From Octopus vulgaris (Eukaryota): 64,000 nt of DNA. Below are positions 25,316-40,986 of this stretch, piece by piece. The DNA lies in assembly GCA_951406725.2 (NCBI GenBank), contig OX597826.1:3286001-3350000 (forward strand), written 5' to 3'. The notes beneath the pieces were generated by a model. That model was given only the letters and a program-made list of their open reading frames with translations, was not told the DNA's origin and ran no database searches. The stretch's first letter is position 1. Each line of letters opens with the position of its first letter. The translations under genes were made by a program, and so were the position numbers.

Positions 25316-26426
25316 CTACATACACACACACACACACACAAATATATATATATATATATGTATATATAACTATATATATTTGACTATATACGTGTACCCA
25401 TATCCATTTATACTCTTATATCTAGATATGTGTGTGTGTGTGTGTGTTTACATAGGGGAGTGTATGTATAATATGTAGAAACATACTTATGTATATTTCT
25501 ATACAACATCCATACATTTGTAGATCAAATTTATACATATGTGTGTCGATGTATGTGTACATATATGTATGCATGTAAATATATATATATATATATTATT
25601 TGTTTGCATAGGCCGTTATAATAAACAATAGTTTACACACACAAGCACACACACATGTACTATCACAGACGCACGTACATGAAAACACACACACGCCCTC
25701 ACACATATACGCCCCCAGACATATATATATGTATATATTCGTATATATGTATGTGTGCTTATATCGCTGCATGATTCTGTGTATAATTATGAGTTTTGGG
25801 ATTACATAGATATCGCCGATAGAAAATAAGAGGAAACAATACCGCATGGGGTCTTAGACACTGTTAATTAGTGTTGTGAATGTGTTTCGTTTTCCCAATA
25901 TTTATCAATAACCGTATCAGAAAAATGTCAATTTGAAAACCTGTAAACAGGAGAAATGATATTCGGGAAACGCAGGTGTCAACGCTATACAATCACTCAT
26001 ATTATTGACCAAATATATATTTTCTGAGGAAATCAGAAGGCTTATATTTTGAAATAATTATTTTCACTCCTGGAAATTTAAGGCAGAAATTCAGGGAAAG
26101 AGATAGCGAAGTGGTCAAGAGAGAATTCACAGATCAAATAATAAAAGCAAGTGTTTTTTAGAGTGGTAAAATGGATGGGAATCGGTCAGTCTTAGAAAAC
26201 GTATAGCATTACCAAATTATTGAAGCAGCTAGCTAGCTGATCCACGCATGCTTTTGAACACTTCCCCATTGAGAAACAAGAAAGATTTGTTCGTATATGA
26301 CTGGGCACAACACAAACATGAGAACGTTTTTCGATAGACACACGGCTTAGAGATGCAGCATAAGCATCCATATCCGGTGGTTTATAGCTAATGCCTGCTG
26401 TATGATTATCAACAATGCCTTGTCGC

Positions 26427-26649
26427 AGAACAGTGGAATGGTAACGATTCATTCCGATGACTTTTCAGAAAGCCAACTGCAACTTTCAGCCGGATTTGCT
26501 GACTTCACTGAAGGAACACATCTCAGCAGATTAATTAGAACAGTGGATTGGAAACGATTCATTCCGATGACTTTTCAGAAAGCCAACTGCAACTTTCAGC
26601 CGGATTTGCTGACTTCACTGAAGGAACACATCTCAGCAGATTAATTAGA
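26427..26649. repeat. 110-bp direct tandem duplication (2 copies)
   Basis: AGAACAGTGGA at 26427 and 26537; copies differ at about 2 positions. Confidence 0.95.
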
Positions 26650-27127
26650 TACTGGATGGGTAGTAAGTCACCGAATCCGGATGGTCTGCTTACAAACGGA
26701 ACACATTACGTTGCTACTGCCACGACGTGTCTCTCGTAAATAGGTAGGTTTCTATGAAACCATGAACACAATAAACAGTATAAACCGAAGAGTGGTGACA
26801 CCACCGAGGAAAGACAGAGGAGGCAGTGTATATTTGAGCTTTTTAGGCCCATAAATCAAATGCAGGATGAGGTAGAGATAATGAATGTGTAATCGAAATA
26901 GTGCCGCTTAATCTAAGCAATGAGGTATCAAAACGGTTTTGTATTGCTCTCGTAGGGTAACAATAAGGTTCGCATTACTGTGTTGTGTGGTTAGTCACTG
27001 AAGTCTTAGAAGTGGAATACAAAGTAGGTGTGTTCTCGAAAGCGGACAAAGCAAACATTTTGTTTTCGGATACCATGGACAGGTTCATTCTCCATATACA
27101 TATATATGCACCAATCACAACCCCCCC

Positions 27128-27209
<82 letters not shown>

Positions 27210-27434
27210 GTATATATATTTATATATTCATATATATATATGCATTCAATATTTATCCATCCACCCATCCATCCATCTATCCATCCAGCCATTTATCTAT
27301 AATATCTATCTATCTATTTATCTACGTCTATGTATGTTTACATACATGTATATATATATACATGTATTCATTTGTATGTTTTCTAACAAGGCAAATGCAA
27401 AATAGTCCTGCTATCTCTCCACAACTATTACTTA

Positions 27435-27775
27435 ATATTGGTTTCAAAGGTCAGCACTGCGCTACATTGATCACATCTACGGCAGTGATCTCCGAAAGGA
27501 TGAAAGGCAAAGTCGATCGCGGCACAATATGAACCCAGAATGTAAAGACGGCCGAAATGCCCCTAACGTATATGCCTAATATTAATGACAGTATAAGGTG
27601 ATGGTCTGGCAGAACCTTTAGCATACCGGGAAAAATACTTTGCGTAATTTCGTTCGTTTGTAGGTTTGAGTTCGAATTCCGCAGAGTTTGACTTTACACC
27701 CCACTCTAGGGGTAAATAAAATAAGTACCATTTCTCCTAACACTACTGGCTTTAAGTCAGAGTTTGAAACCAATA
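27435..27775. mobile_element. Two diverged family C SINEs in inverted arrangement (27435-27568 minus, 27597-27775 plus)
   Basis: GAAAGGATGAAAGGCAAAGTCG core followed by an opposite-strand GGTGATGGTCTGGCAGAA...GAGTTCGAATTCC head. Confidence 0.7.
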
Positions 27776-28901
27776 TTAATCGCAGAATATATAAAGCCGG
27801 GTCTTCCCCAACTCCGACTGGTCAACATGACGTGGTGGTCTAATTTTTAATAGGATGAGGCAGCCTAATGCCCCCTTTGGCCTCAGAAACATCACTGGCA
27901 ATGCATTCCAGAGCATCTAGTAGAGGTATTTTACAGCTACTAATCGAATTTTTTCTACGGTTTACGGATACTTTTTTTTCTCAAATTTATACATACATTG
28001 CTGTCCACACAGTCGTTATATCAGTATTTAACCTTCGCGAGGCTGTAATCCAGCAGGTGTTTAACCAAAGCAATTTAATCTTTACCTACATTATCTTTTT
28101 AGTTATGGACGCATTATCAAATGTGACCTTTTGTTAAAGATACAATTGCGTGATGTGAAAACTATTTGGGTGATATTTCTAGCAGGCTACGAGTCTCAGT
28201 ATAGAAAATTCTTTGTTTGCTTGTGTCTACTCAATTTTCCTTATCTGGATAATAACTGTAGTCCTGACTACAGCTAAGCTGAATTACAACATGCTTCATA
28301 CAAAAGCTAAAAAAAAAAAAGCGATCCTCGGTGTCAAAGCCGCATGACTAAGCCAAAATATAATGCTATCTCTAAATATTATAAACAGGAATGTCTTTTT
28401 TTTCTTAAAGAATACTGCTCCATAGTATGTCTTTCTATGCAGTATAACTTCACATATATTTGGTTTTATAGAGTAAACATCGCTGAAAAGAAGAGTGCAC
28501 AATTGGAACAGCCTTATATCATTCTTCCATACACTTTTACGAGATGTTCTGAGCAACTGATTTATGTTCCTAACCCTTTGTCTGGGTGTATTGAGCATTT
28601 TTTATTTATTTACTTTTTCACACGAGACCATCAGGTTCTGTGAAAGACACGTAATTTAGAGTAACGTATGCTTTCGTGTTTAACATGGCGAACAGTTTAC
28701 ATCGTGTTTCCAGGGGAATTTCCTTTGTGAATGCAAGACGGTTTTATTGTGGAATCATTGTGTAAAAAGACATTCTCAAAGAAGTTATATTATATGAAGA
28801 ACGTAAAATCATAATTAATCGATTAAATTACTAACTACACTTACTGCTCCAGTCTTTACACCCTCATCCAATAATTTATTGTTCCAACATAATACTTCTT
28901 T

Positions 28902-28943
<42 letters not shown>

Positions 28944-30720
28944 CTCACGCTGTCAGTTGTATTTTCTTTCTCTCTGTCGTTCACATACACGACCACCTCT
29001 CCCCCCTTTCCTCACACACTTTCTCTGTCAAACACTCGATTTCTACATCCTTCTTTACGCGTTCCATCTACTTTGGATTTTATATCTTGTTTCACAGTTT
29101 TCTTTTCAAACCGTTTCTCCTTTTCTTATTTATCTTCTCAACTTATCCATTGAACACATTCTAACACACAATCTTACATAATATCGCTTCCTTATCTCCC
29201 TCTCATTCTCTGCAAGAATTTTCTTTCGTTGTTCACTTTTAAAAAGTACTCTCTCACTTTTCCAGTTTTTTTCTCTTTTTTCCTCTTGTTCGTAATTCTG
29301 TTTGTGTTACAGCCCCATAACTATATCGTAATTACATTACTCTCTTTCCCTCTCTTTCTCCTCTCTTGAAGTTTCCCTCGTTCTTTCACTTTGTTTCGCC
29401 ATCTTTTTTTTTTCTTTTTCACTGTTCACTCTTTTCTTGTTGTCTTCCTCTATTACACTCCCATTCAATCGTGTACTCTTTAATTCACCGTCTCTCTTTT
29501 TCTCCATCTCTCGTCGCTTGACGAAATATGCATATGCAAAAGTCGTGCTATTAAGATTTCACTATTTCTCTTGATGTAATTAACACCTTTTTACTTACAA
29601 GCAATGGAACATATTTTCGACATTAATTATATTTTCGTTGATTATTGGTATGAGGCATTTTTAGATATATTCTTCATCTATATTTACTACATATATAATT
29701 CCTTTTATTTGTTTTTGTTTCTCACCGCTTCTTTTCTCTCCGTTTGCTTTAAATGTTAGCTTTAATACAAACTGAAAACCAAAACAACAAAACAAAAATA
29801 ATCAAATAAGATTTTTATGCAACGAAAGATTTAGTTTATTTCGTTTTAATAATTGGTGAGAAAATTGGTGTGAAAATGTTTCTATGATAATATTAAATAG
29901 ATTGCGGTTAAAAGGATTAAAAGATGTATTTATATGTGGACAAGTTTATAGCAAAAGTATAGAATAATTTGAGCGATACTTATTAGATTTTCCAACTTCG
30001 TGGCATAGAAATGAGGTGCGTTTAGATGCACATCATTATGCAGTGGAAGAACAATATGCAATTAAAATGTCTGCTTCTTTCTTTTATTCTACAAGCTAAT
30101 GAAATACTTATTTATAGTTTGTTGTCTAACTCCGATGTTTTTATAATAATGTTATAAGCTGCTCTATATGAAACCTGGATAATTTGAAGATGTTTTCAAA
30201 CTGAATGTAGGTATAAGCAATATATGCGAGCATAAATTGAATTGGATATAATTCATAATATTGTTAGTGACCTCATTATAAACATCATTGACTGTGAACG
30301 ACCCAAATGACTATACTGCAAGAGACAGTAGGATGCTTTATTTCATATATGTAGTGAGAAGCACCGTGTGTTTGTTCCTATCAGGTTTCTAGAATGCACA
30401 GTGAAGTTTTTGATTTATTGTCGTGTATTTCACAGGTAGTCTGTGTTAGTGGTGCTATTTTATCCCGTGGTGTTGTCGTTTAAACCCTAAGAGAGAAAAC
30501 GTAACTATAGTAAAAAAATATATTTCTCACGCTGATCTTGTCACCTACACTCTGATCTTGTCTACTATTCTTTCTGACTTGTCCTGATGAGACAAAACCA
30601 GAGTGAAGAGGAAACACGCCATTGAAGAGGTCACCGAAGCTGTAACGAAAAGAGTCTGACAAATAAACTAATAATTATTATAATTATGATACTAATAATA
30701 ATGATGATGATAGTAATAAA

Positions 30721-31057
30721 GAAAACAAGAAATAAATGGAGAAACTTTCAAAATAGAAAGACCTGAAAATAGAGGTAACTCGAATGTAAAATCTAAAAAT
30801 AGAAACAATTCCTATCATAGTGGGTGCATTAGGTATGATAAAAAAATATTCAGACAAATCCATAACAAAAACACCAGGACTTACAGATATATATAATATA
30901 CAGAAAATTGCACTATTGGGCACTGCACACATCCTATGCAAAACTCTTTCAATACAGTAACCATCAGAGCATCACAACAAATCACAGCACATACCCAAGG
31001 CACATAGTGCAGCGCACGGTAGTGAGGTGAAAGCACGCTATAAAAATAAAACAACTG
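30721..31057 (+). mobile_element. R4/Dong-clade LINE 3' end (C-terminus of the restriction-like endonuclease), decayed
   Basis: MEKLSK*KDLKIEVTRM*NLKIETIPIIVGALGMIKKY...IQKIALLGTAHIL; followed by a long (AAT)n. Confidence 0.9.
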
Positions 31058-31118
31058 AATAATAATAACAATGATAATAATAATATTAATAATAATAATA
31101 ATGATAATAATAATAATG

Positions 31119-31199
<81 letters not shown>

Positions 31200-31219
31200 G
31201 TAATAATAATCATAATAAT
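31058..31219. repeat. (AAT)n microsatellite
   Basis: Long trinucleotide run at the LINE tail. Confidence 0.97.
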
Positions 31220-31423
31220 GCACCAATAGTGAATATCAAATAAACAGTGCGTGTGGTTCTTGGCAAAAGATGACCAACCACAAATATAACAGTAGCTGTT
31301 ACAATACAGGATTTCACATCAAGAATATTGCAAAAACGAAGTCATAAGTGTAAACTGAGTCAGTCTCGCCATCCTGTTGTCCGCTAGATGATGGTAGGGA
31401 TTCGCTCCCCCTGCTAGTAATAT

Positions 31424-31656
31424 ATACCTATTTCTTTACTACCCACAAGGAGCTAAACATAGACAGGACAAACAAGGACAGATAAACAGATTAAGTCGAT
31501 TACATCGACCCCAGTGCGTAACTGATACTTATTTAAACGACTCCGAAAGGATGAAAGGCAAAGTCGACCAAGGCGGAATTTGAACTCAGAACGTAGCGGC
31601 AGACGAAATACTGCTGAGCATTTCGCCCGGCGTGCTAACGATTCTGCCAGCTCGCT
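31424..31656 (-). mobile_element. SINE family C
   Basis: Full-length reverse-complement copy. Confidence 0.88.
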
Positions 31657-32152
31657 AGCAATATATACTGTTTTACAGAAGGTACAGCGTCACTCCAATA
31701 ACCAGACGGCAGAAGATCTGCCTAGTGTTAAACGAGTAGTAACAGGGAACAATCACTTTGATGTGGCGATTGACTTTACTTGTTAGTAGAGTATCTGCGC
31801 TGACCTCTTCTTGAGATTTAACAACCAGCTGTTTTGCTTCTTACAAATCAGTGACCGATGGTCACTTCGTTTACAATATATTCCTGGCTGGAGCAGATCC
31901 TGACTATCGCTCTGTTGATCAGGTAATCGCAATGAAGAGGAGCCAAGCAGCTCGAAACTGGGTCAGTCTTTCTTGATCCTGTTGTCTACTGGAGAATGGT
32001 ATGGGTTCGCCAAGCGTCCTAGAAATATATGTTGTATATAAAGAGTGCACCGTTAACCAGCTGGTGGAAATCTGCCCTGGAGTTAAACTAGTAGTAACAT
32101 GGAACAGCAACTTTAATGCGGCAATATACTTTAATGATGCATATATGTGTGT

Positions 32153-32212
<60 letters not shown>

Positions 32213-32855
32213 TATTTTATGTAGAAAAATACAAACTGGGACAAGAACGTAAAACATTAAGAAGACGATACAAAAAACACGGACGAGACATTCGAAGCCT
32301 TCAATCTTCAGTCAAGAAATTTCGGCTGATTAATCTTGAGATCGCTCCGATCCGGCCAGCCCCAAGGAAAAACTAATCTACGAGTATTAGATTTCTTGGA
32401 AGAAGGATCGAATGTATACGAAACAGGAACATATACATACATACATATACATACGTATATAAATATGCACTTGAAAGTCCTGAATTTCACACCTCAGTCA
32501 CAAATAAGGCACCAGGAAATCTTCCAATTGGAAGAGTCACTGGCAGGTCAGACGACGCCCCACACGTCAAAAACTAATTGTATTTGGCTGGAAAACAGTG
32601 GTTGCGTGTCCATGAGAACCAATGTTATTTCAAATGTACTCATCAGCGGAACATGCAATCGGAAAAATGTATCAAGACAACTGTAACTCTGCTGAAGAAG
32701 AATATCATCTTCCAAAAAAATTAAAATTAAATAATTATGACAGAAAAATATTAAGATTTTAGAAAAAAAACGTTAGTATCAATATGTTTTAAACATCACT
32801 GCGTTTTCGCGTGTGTTTTCATATCTGAGTGCATATGTGTGAGTGCGCGTGTCTT

Positions 32856-32888
<33 letters not shown>

Positions 32889-33008
32889 TGGACTGCGCGC
32901 TTATCCAGCGGGGTGGCGTAATTTGAAGGCTAAAACAATGCGAAGCGCATTGTGACCAGCGATGTGTAGCAACATCTGAAAGCCTGGTCGGTCACGGTGA
33001 TCACAGTG
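32889..33008 (+). mobile_element. SINE family B tail type 2 only (5'-truncated)
   Basis: Matches the reverse complement of 5318-5436. Confidence 0.8.
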
Positions 33009-33027
33009 ATATATATATATATATATT

Positions 33028-34040
<1,013 letters not shown>

Positions 34041-34353
34041 AACAGACGTGTGTTTGTGAGTGTTTAGTTAGCATTGCATACACACATACACACACACTCA
34101 CAAAAACACACAGACACACACACACACACACACACATATAGACTCACACACGTATACGCACACACGCACATACAAACGCGCACTCATAAAGTAAAACAGT
34201 TGTCAGTGTTCTTGCTTATTTTCTTGATATTCACCTAAGACATCTTCTAGACATATAACAGCATCTATAGAAGTATACATAGCCACATATGAACACAACC
34301 CTACATATATACAGAGAGAGAGAGGCAGAGAGGGAGACGCACACTATACACAT

Positions 34354-34390
<37 letters not shown>

Positions 34391-34531
34391 CACATATACA
34401 TTACATATATATATGCATATATATATACACACATATCTATCTATCTATCTATCTATCTATTTGTCTTTCTATCTCTATATATATATATATATATATATCT
34501 ACATATCTATCTATCTATTTATCTATTTATC

Positions 34532-34563
<32 letters not shown>

Positions 34564-35410
34564 AATAGGTGTGTGTGCATGCGCGTACCTTGCGTTGTGT
34601 TTGTCGTGCATGGTGTTCCTATGCTTGTATATATATATATATATATATATATATGTTCCTCTAAGCACAATAGAGAAAGGGACAATATTTCATTATACTT
34701 TCCTCCTTCGCCTCCGCTCCCAACCTCCTTTCTATTTACTACCTGTTCCAATTACAATGCATGTGGTAATTATTCCTGTCTATGCCATAAACACCTACTC
34801 CAGACATCATTATACGGAATCTGACTTTTGTTTCATATGATACAATAGATCTCAGGTGTGCTTTAATCATTTGCGAAAGGATGGCCATTCTCAAAACAGA
34901 CATTGTATTGTTCTTTATATTTATCGGTTGACAACACCAAGTTAATCATAATAATTACTTCGTTATTTGTCACAAGGGCCCTTGCATATAATATAAAACA
35001 GTTCATGCAAAAGTGTTACAAGCCAGGGAAATGTATATATATGTTATATATACACAGACACACACACATACATATGTATACACATCACAGACGCACACTC
35101 ACACACGGACATACACATACAAACACATATGTATATACACACGTACAAGCATGTATATGAGTAGTTAACCGATGAGGTTCGAAGAAGTTCAATATGGAAA
35201 ACATATAGTAGCGCTGAGATACTTAGGACTTACACTCCCAAATCTTTATCGAAGACTAAGTCTTCATAATGCGTGACTATATGTATACGCTTATGTATGT
35301 ATGTATGTATGTATGTATGTATGTATGTATGTATGTATGTATGCATGTATTTATGTATGTATGAATGGATGGATGAATGGATGCATGGATGGATGGATGG
35401 ATGGAAGTGT

Positions 35411-35791
35411 GGAGAGTCAATGGCCTAGTGGTTAGGGCAGCGGACTCGCGGTCGTACGTTCGCGGTTTCGATTCCCAGACCGGTCGTTGCGAATGTTTAT
35501 TAAGCGAAAACACCAAAAGTTCTACGAGGCTCCGGCAGCTGATGGTGGCGAACTCTCCTGTACTCTTTCACCACAACTTTCTCTCACTCTTTTTTCCTGT
35601 TTCTTTTTTACCTGTATTTCAAAGGGCTAGCCTTGTCACACTCTGAGTCACGCTGAATCTCACCGAGAACTACCTTTAATGCACACGTGTCTGTGGAGTG
35701 CTTAGCCACTTGCACTTTAGTTTAACGAGCAGTGTGTTCCGTTGATCGGGTCAACTGGAACCCGCGTCGTCGTAACCGACGGAGTGTCAAC
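35411..35791 (+). mobile_element. SINE family B, tail type 3
   Basis: Family B head, then an unrelated 3' half (CCTGTATTTCAAAGGG...GTAACCGACGGAGTG); sits within (TATG)n. Confidence 0.85.
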
Positions 35792-35874
35792 ATGCATGCA
35801 TGTATGTATGTATGTATGTATGTATGTATGTATGTATGTATGTATGTATGTATGTATGTATGTATGTATGTATG

Positions 35875-35946
<72 letters not shown>

Positions 35947-36222
35947 GTTTAAAAACATTTTTTCTTTATTCCTATACCTCGCTATATCATTAGTGTTTAT
36001 ACATTCATAATTCTGTATTTATATGTCCACATGTATGTTTCATATTCCTATATGTTTTCTCTTTTCAGTATGTTAATTTATGTTTTAAATATGGGCTTAT
36101 ATTTATCTTAATTAAATCCATACGCATATGTGGTTACTGTAGTTTGCCTAACTTGACCTTTTTCCATTTTGTTTATTATACCTGTCTAACGTCTCAGGTT
36201 CGACTTGAGCACTCCTATGCGG

Positions 36223-36269
<47 letters not shown>

Positions 36270-36440
36270 TGCATACATATATACATACATACATACATAC
36301 ATACATGACCACTAAGTAGTCATCCTTTATGTATGTAATATAAGTTTTCTGAATCCTCAGATTGTTCTATATGCTAGACCACTGGATTTAAATTGATATT
36401 ATTCAAATTAATATTTAATTTTTCACTCTTAATATATTAA

Positions 36441-36485
<45 letters not shown>

Positions 36486-36495
36486 CGTGTGTGTG

Positions 36496-36543
<48 letters not shown>

Positions 36544-37269
36544 TGTGTGTGAGCATGTGTAATGATGTAGCGAAACAATGTAAATTAGTTTTAAATATTT
36601 TAAAATTAGGTTTTACAAAACAACACATAACAACTGGCCAAAATGGAACGGCAAGCTGTTACTTATTGAAGAACTGAACATCCATGTTTTCTGACCACAT
36701 TCACTCCAGGTCCTGAGACTTTAGAATGCTATTGTCTATGGAAGAATGCAACCGTTCTTAATCCTCTCAATTTCATCTATTAGTACTCTTAACCAGCACG
36801 AGATCCGTTACCTAACTCATAAAGTAACGTATTAAAACAATATTTCGGTAATTTTTTGAGCTGATTCCAATATGATGAAAGCATTCCTTTACTTTTGCAT
36901 AACTAGACATTAACTCCCTCTTTAATCATCCAATCCTTGTCGATTCCTATCCGTTCTTTGAGACTTATGTTCGATTTTTATACCCATTCTCTCTCCACAT
37001 CTCGTGTGCAGTAATCATAACAGGAGACCGAATCTCGCTTTTTTAACTTCGTTAAAACAAGGTAATTTTTTTCAGATTATGTTATGATTTCAAAGCATTA
37101 AGATCTCCCTTTGCAATACCTTATCTCATGATGATGAGAATAATGATTATAAATAACAACATTCTTTTCCAATTATTGAGACAATTCTGTGTGGTGGAGC
37201 TCGGCTGAAATGAAACGCAGAACGTAAAGACATACAGAATGCGGCTAACCATTTTCTCCATCGTAATAG

Positions 37270-37312
<43 letters not shown>

Positions 37313-37384
37313 ACATAACAACAACAACAACAATAATCATGATAATAATGATTTAACGTGACTTACAGTATCAATATCATTAAC

Positions 37385-38445
37385 TGATCAATAACTGAAA
37401 TATATATTCTTGACAGGAAAATACGAAAATTGTTGACAATGTAAAGAATGCACCACACTAAGTTAGATATAGAATGACTTTACCTGCCAAGAAAAGAAGA
37501 TGGCCGATGACTGGAATTCACAATGAAGATTGTCACAGTTGGCCTAAACACCTACCTGGAAAACTCTGATGTCTTAAAGCATGAAAACAAGAAAGCATCA
37601 TAATCAGTAACAAAACAGGCAAAGGAATATCTAAGTGAATTCAAAATACAACCTGTGCAAAAACTACTGCCTTAGATATTCTTACTGATAAATGGCAACA
37701 AACACATTCTCAATGGCAAATACGCAAATAGAGCTAATAATGCCGATATTGACAAAGCTCTTACCCAGCAATGGTTAGAGTCTTCTGGTTTAACATCAGA
37801 AACAGAAGGGCTTATCATAGCAGCCCAAGATGAAAGCCTACCTACAAGGAACTACCAGGCTAACATATTAATGAACGGCAGTAGTCCAACATGTGTATGT
37901 TGATAACAAAATTAAACCATGCTGCCTCCATGTGCAGGCTTCTTGCGCCTACAGAGTAGCTCAAAGGGCATGATAGAGCAGCACAATACATTCACTGGGT
38001 AATTTTCAAAAACCTGGACGTGCCTCATATAAAAACTGGTGGGAACACAAACCACCTCCATTAATCGAAAAGGATAACATCTCACTCCTCTGGAACTTCG
38101 CCGTTCAAACTGACAGAAAGATAAATGCGAATAGACCTGACATTATATTGGAAAACTTCAGACAAAAATCATGCCTCCTCATTGATATGACTGTCCCAAT
38201 CGATATAAATGTATGTGTCAAGACCTACCAAAAACTGAGCAAGTATAAAGATCTTGAAATAGAAATTGGCAAAATGTGGAACATCAAGACTAACACAATA
38301 TCTGTAGCACACATATGTTTGTGATGCATGTGCCTGCTGTACTCTTATCAGACGGGTACTCATGATCGGTATATTGGCTTTCGTATATTTGTACCCTAGT
38401 GTCACTTTGATAACATGCACTGGTCTCTCAATCAATAATAATAAT
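37385..38445 (+). mobile_element. R4/Dong-clade LINE, about 1 kb 3' fragment, decayed
   Basis: DRKIRKLLTM.RMHH...LYLPRKEDGR; ETEGLIIAAQDESLPTRNY; HDRAAQYIHW; TDRKINANRPDII...LLIDMTVP...KLSKYKDLEIEIGKMW; (AAT)n tail. Confidence 0.92.
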
Positions 38446-38454
38446 GATACTAAT

Positions 38455-38617
38455 AATCCTTTCTACTGTAGGCACTAAACTTGAAATTTAGAAGAGGAGA
38501 TGGTCCTAGTGCGTAAGTGGTACTTAATCGTCCCTGACAGTCGACCTGGGCAGAATATGAACTCAGAACGTAGCGGCAGACGAAATACACCTAAGTATTT
38601 GGCCCGGCATGCTAATG
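38455..38617 (-). mobile_element. SINE family C (diverged, internally deleted)
   Basis: GAACTCAGAACGTAGCGGCAGACGAAATAC motif. Confidence 0.7.
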
Positions 38618-38779
38618 CAACTGTGGCAATTATCTAAATATTAATAACGACAATTATAAAAAAATGATGGCATCAGTAATAATATGAATGTGAGCGATAG
38701 AATGGGGAATAGTGATAATAATTCTTCGAAAGTAATCCGGAGAATAAATCGTCATCTCAAAATATGTATACTAAACTCG

Positions 38780-39000
38780 TTAGACTTGGTTGGTAGTCCG
38801 ACTAGGAGAAGAAACACTCTGATTTAAAAAGGGAGATAGTAGGGAGTCCCTAATCACCTTGGTGACGACCTGTCAGTACCCAACGGCTTCATCGTTGTCA
38901 TGAAAGCGGATGAAGCGTAACTCGGATCCATCTTCCAAGTAATGGTCGGATGAGAATAGTTGACCAACCGCCATAACCTATTTCCTCATAAGAAACATGC
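38780..39000 (+). mobile_element. Possible RTE-type 5' UTR fragment
   Basis: CTAGGAGAAGAAACACTCTGA resembles RTE head motifs and CTAGGAGAAGGTAACTC at about 49837. Confidence 0.35.
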
Positions 39001-39031
39001 ACATCATATGAATAGCATCTTTCCCTCGTGA

Positions 39032-39298
39032 AGGAGTGGCTGTGTGGTAAGAAGCTTGCTTACCAACCACATGGTTCCGGGTTCAGTCCCACTGCGTGGC
39101 ACCTTGGGCAGGTGTCTTCTACTTTAGCCACGGGCCGACCAAAACCTTGTAAGTGGATTTGGTAGAGGGAAACTGAAAAAAGCCCGACGTATATATGTGT
39201 GTGTATATATGTGTGTGTGTTTTTGTGTCTGTGTTTGTCCCCCCAACATCGCTTGACAACCGATGCTGGTGTATTTACTTCCCAATAACTTAGCGGTT
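39032..39298 (+). mobile_element. SINE family A, 3'-truncated
   Basis: Head and body match 431-760. Confidence 0.88.
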
Positions 39299-39626
39299 GG
39301 TGAATACCCTTAAAACAAACTTCAAGTATCAGCAGAAAATGCCTACACTCAAAGTCCAAGTTAGAGAAAATGTTGGTGCAATGAAATAAGCCGAACTGTA
39401 AATCGAGTGCTAGATTAGAGAGGAACCCATTGGAAGGGAATTTGGAAAACGCATGAGATGAAAATGGGATAAAATAGAACTCTTTGAACTAAGTAAGCAA
39501 CTGTTGCCTGATCAAGGAAGATCGATTAGGACAAATGGTTGGTTATCAGACATGGAAATTGATGAGTGGGAAGTGTTTAATTTTGGCATTCTCTAATATA
39601 ACGGCACATCATTCTTGTTTGTTTGT

Positions 39627-39817
39627 TCGTTTTAGTCATTTGACTGCGGCCATGCAGGGGCACCACATTTAGTCGGGCAAATCAACCCCAGGACTAATTC
39701 TTGGTAAGTCTAGTAGTTATTCTATCGGTCTCTCTTGCTGAACCGCTAAGTGACGGGGACGTAAACACACCAGCATCGGTTGTGAAGCGATGTTGGGGGA
39801 CAAACACAGACACACAA

Positions 39818-39891
<74 letters not shown>

Positions 39892-40059
39892 ACGACTGGC
39901 TTCTTTCAGTTTCCGTCTACCAAATCCACTCACACACAAGGCTTTGGTCGGCCCGAGGCTATAGTAGAAGACACTTGCCCAAGGTGCTACGCAGTGGGAC
40001 TGAACCCAGAACCATGTGGTTGGTAAGGAAGCTACTTACCACACAGCCACTCCTGCGCC
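39627..40059 (-). mobile_element. SINE family A
   Basis: Full-length reverse-complement copy. Confidence 0.9.
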
Positions 40060-40264
40060 TGTCTATGTTTTTTGATTATCGTCGTGTTCTTGCAACGGAA
40101 ACACTTCTCAGTCTTTCTGCTTCAATTGCCGACAATTTATTTATAAATCACTATCATCATTCATTTCTCTGTACTCAAGAGGCCCGCTATCCATTAGCGC
40201 AACATTGTCACTGTTTTCTATTTTCCTTTTTATTTCTTAAATTTCCATGTCTGATAACCAACAG

Positions 40265-40657
40265 TACGCACAGATAGAGTAATTAAGGCCAATAAGCCGA
40301 ATATAGTTGTTAGAGATCACCAAGAAAAAACTTTGCTTTCTAATCGATGCATCAAAGCTGACAGATGACAATGTTTCTTTAAAAGGAAGGGAGAAACTTT
40401 CAAAATACAAAGTATCGTAGTAGGCGCATTAGGTAACATGAACAATCTTCAGCAAATGCGTAACAAAAACATCTGTACTAACAAATATATATAAAATACA
40501 GAAAATAGTTCTACTTTGTACGACAAACATCCTACGTAAAACACTTTGAATACAGTAAAAATAAAAGCATCAGAACAATCCACAGCACATACCCAAGGAA
40601 CACAAAGCTGCGCTCGGTAGTGCAGTGAAAGCACGTGATAAGAATGAAACTACTGAA
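40265..40657 (+). mobile_element. R4/Dong-clade LINE 3' end, older and internally deleted
   Basis: ANKPNIVVRDHQEK.CFLIDAS...EKLSKYK...IVVGALG; 3' UTR as in 30960-31057. Confidence 0.82.
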
Positions 40658-40935
40658 TTATACTAATAGAAATGATGATGGTGCCTTAAAAAGAAGGAAG
40701 CCAATAAGTAGATGAAGGATGAAGGAAGGTAAATAAGGATATATATATGTTTATGTGGCCGCGTCGTTGTGTTTCTGTGTGCATCCGCAGGGGCTTGACG
40801 ACTGACAATGTTTGAACAATACGATAAATAATCTTGGAGGCGATGCCCTACCAAATCGAAAGGCCCAACCATATATGTGTGTTTGTCCATGTATGTGCGT
40901 GTGTGTACTCATAATATATAGGAAATATATATATG

Positions 40936-40986
<51 letters not shown>

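Noticed and set aside
26785-26812. CCGAAGA-GTGG tgaca CCAC half-hammerhead
   Set aside because: The GAAA/helix III/cleavage half is missing or disrupted.
32220-32690. Possible PLE 3' end (32220-32425, minus) and RTE fragment (32520-32690, plus)
   Set aside because: Only weak remembered similarity; no unambiguous motif.
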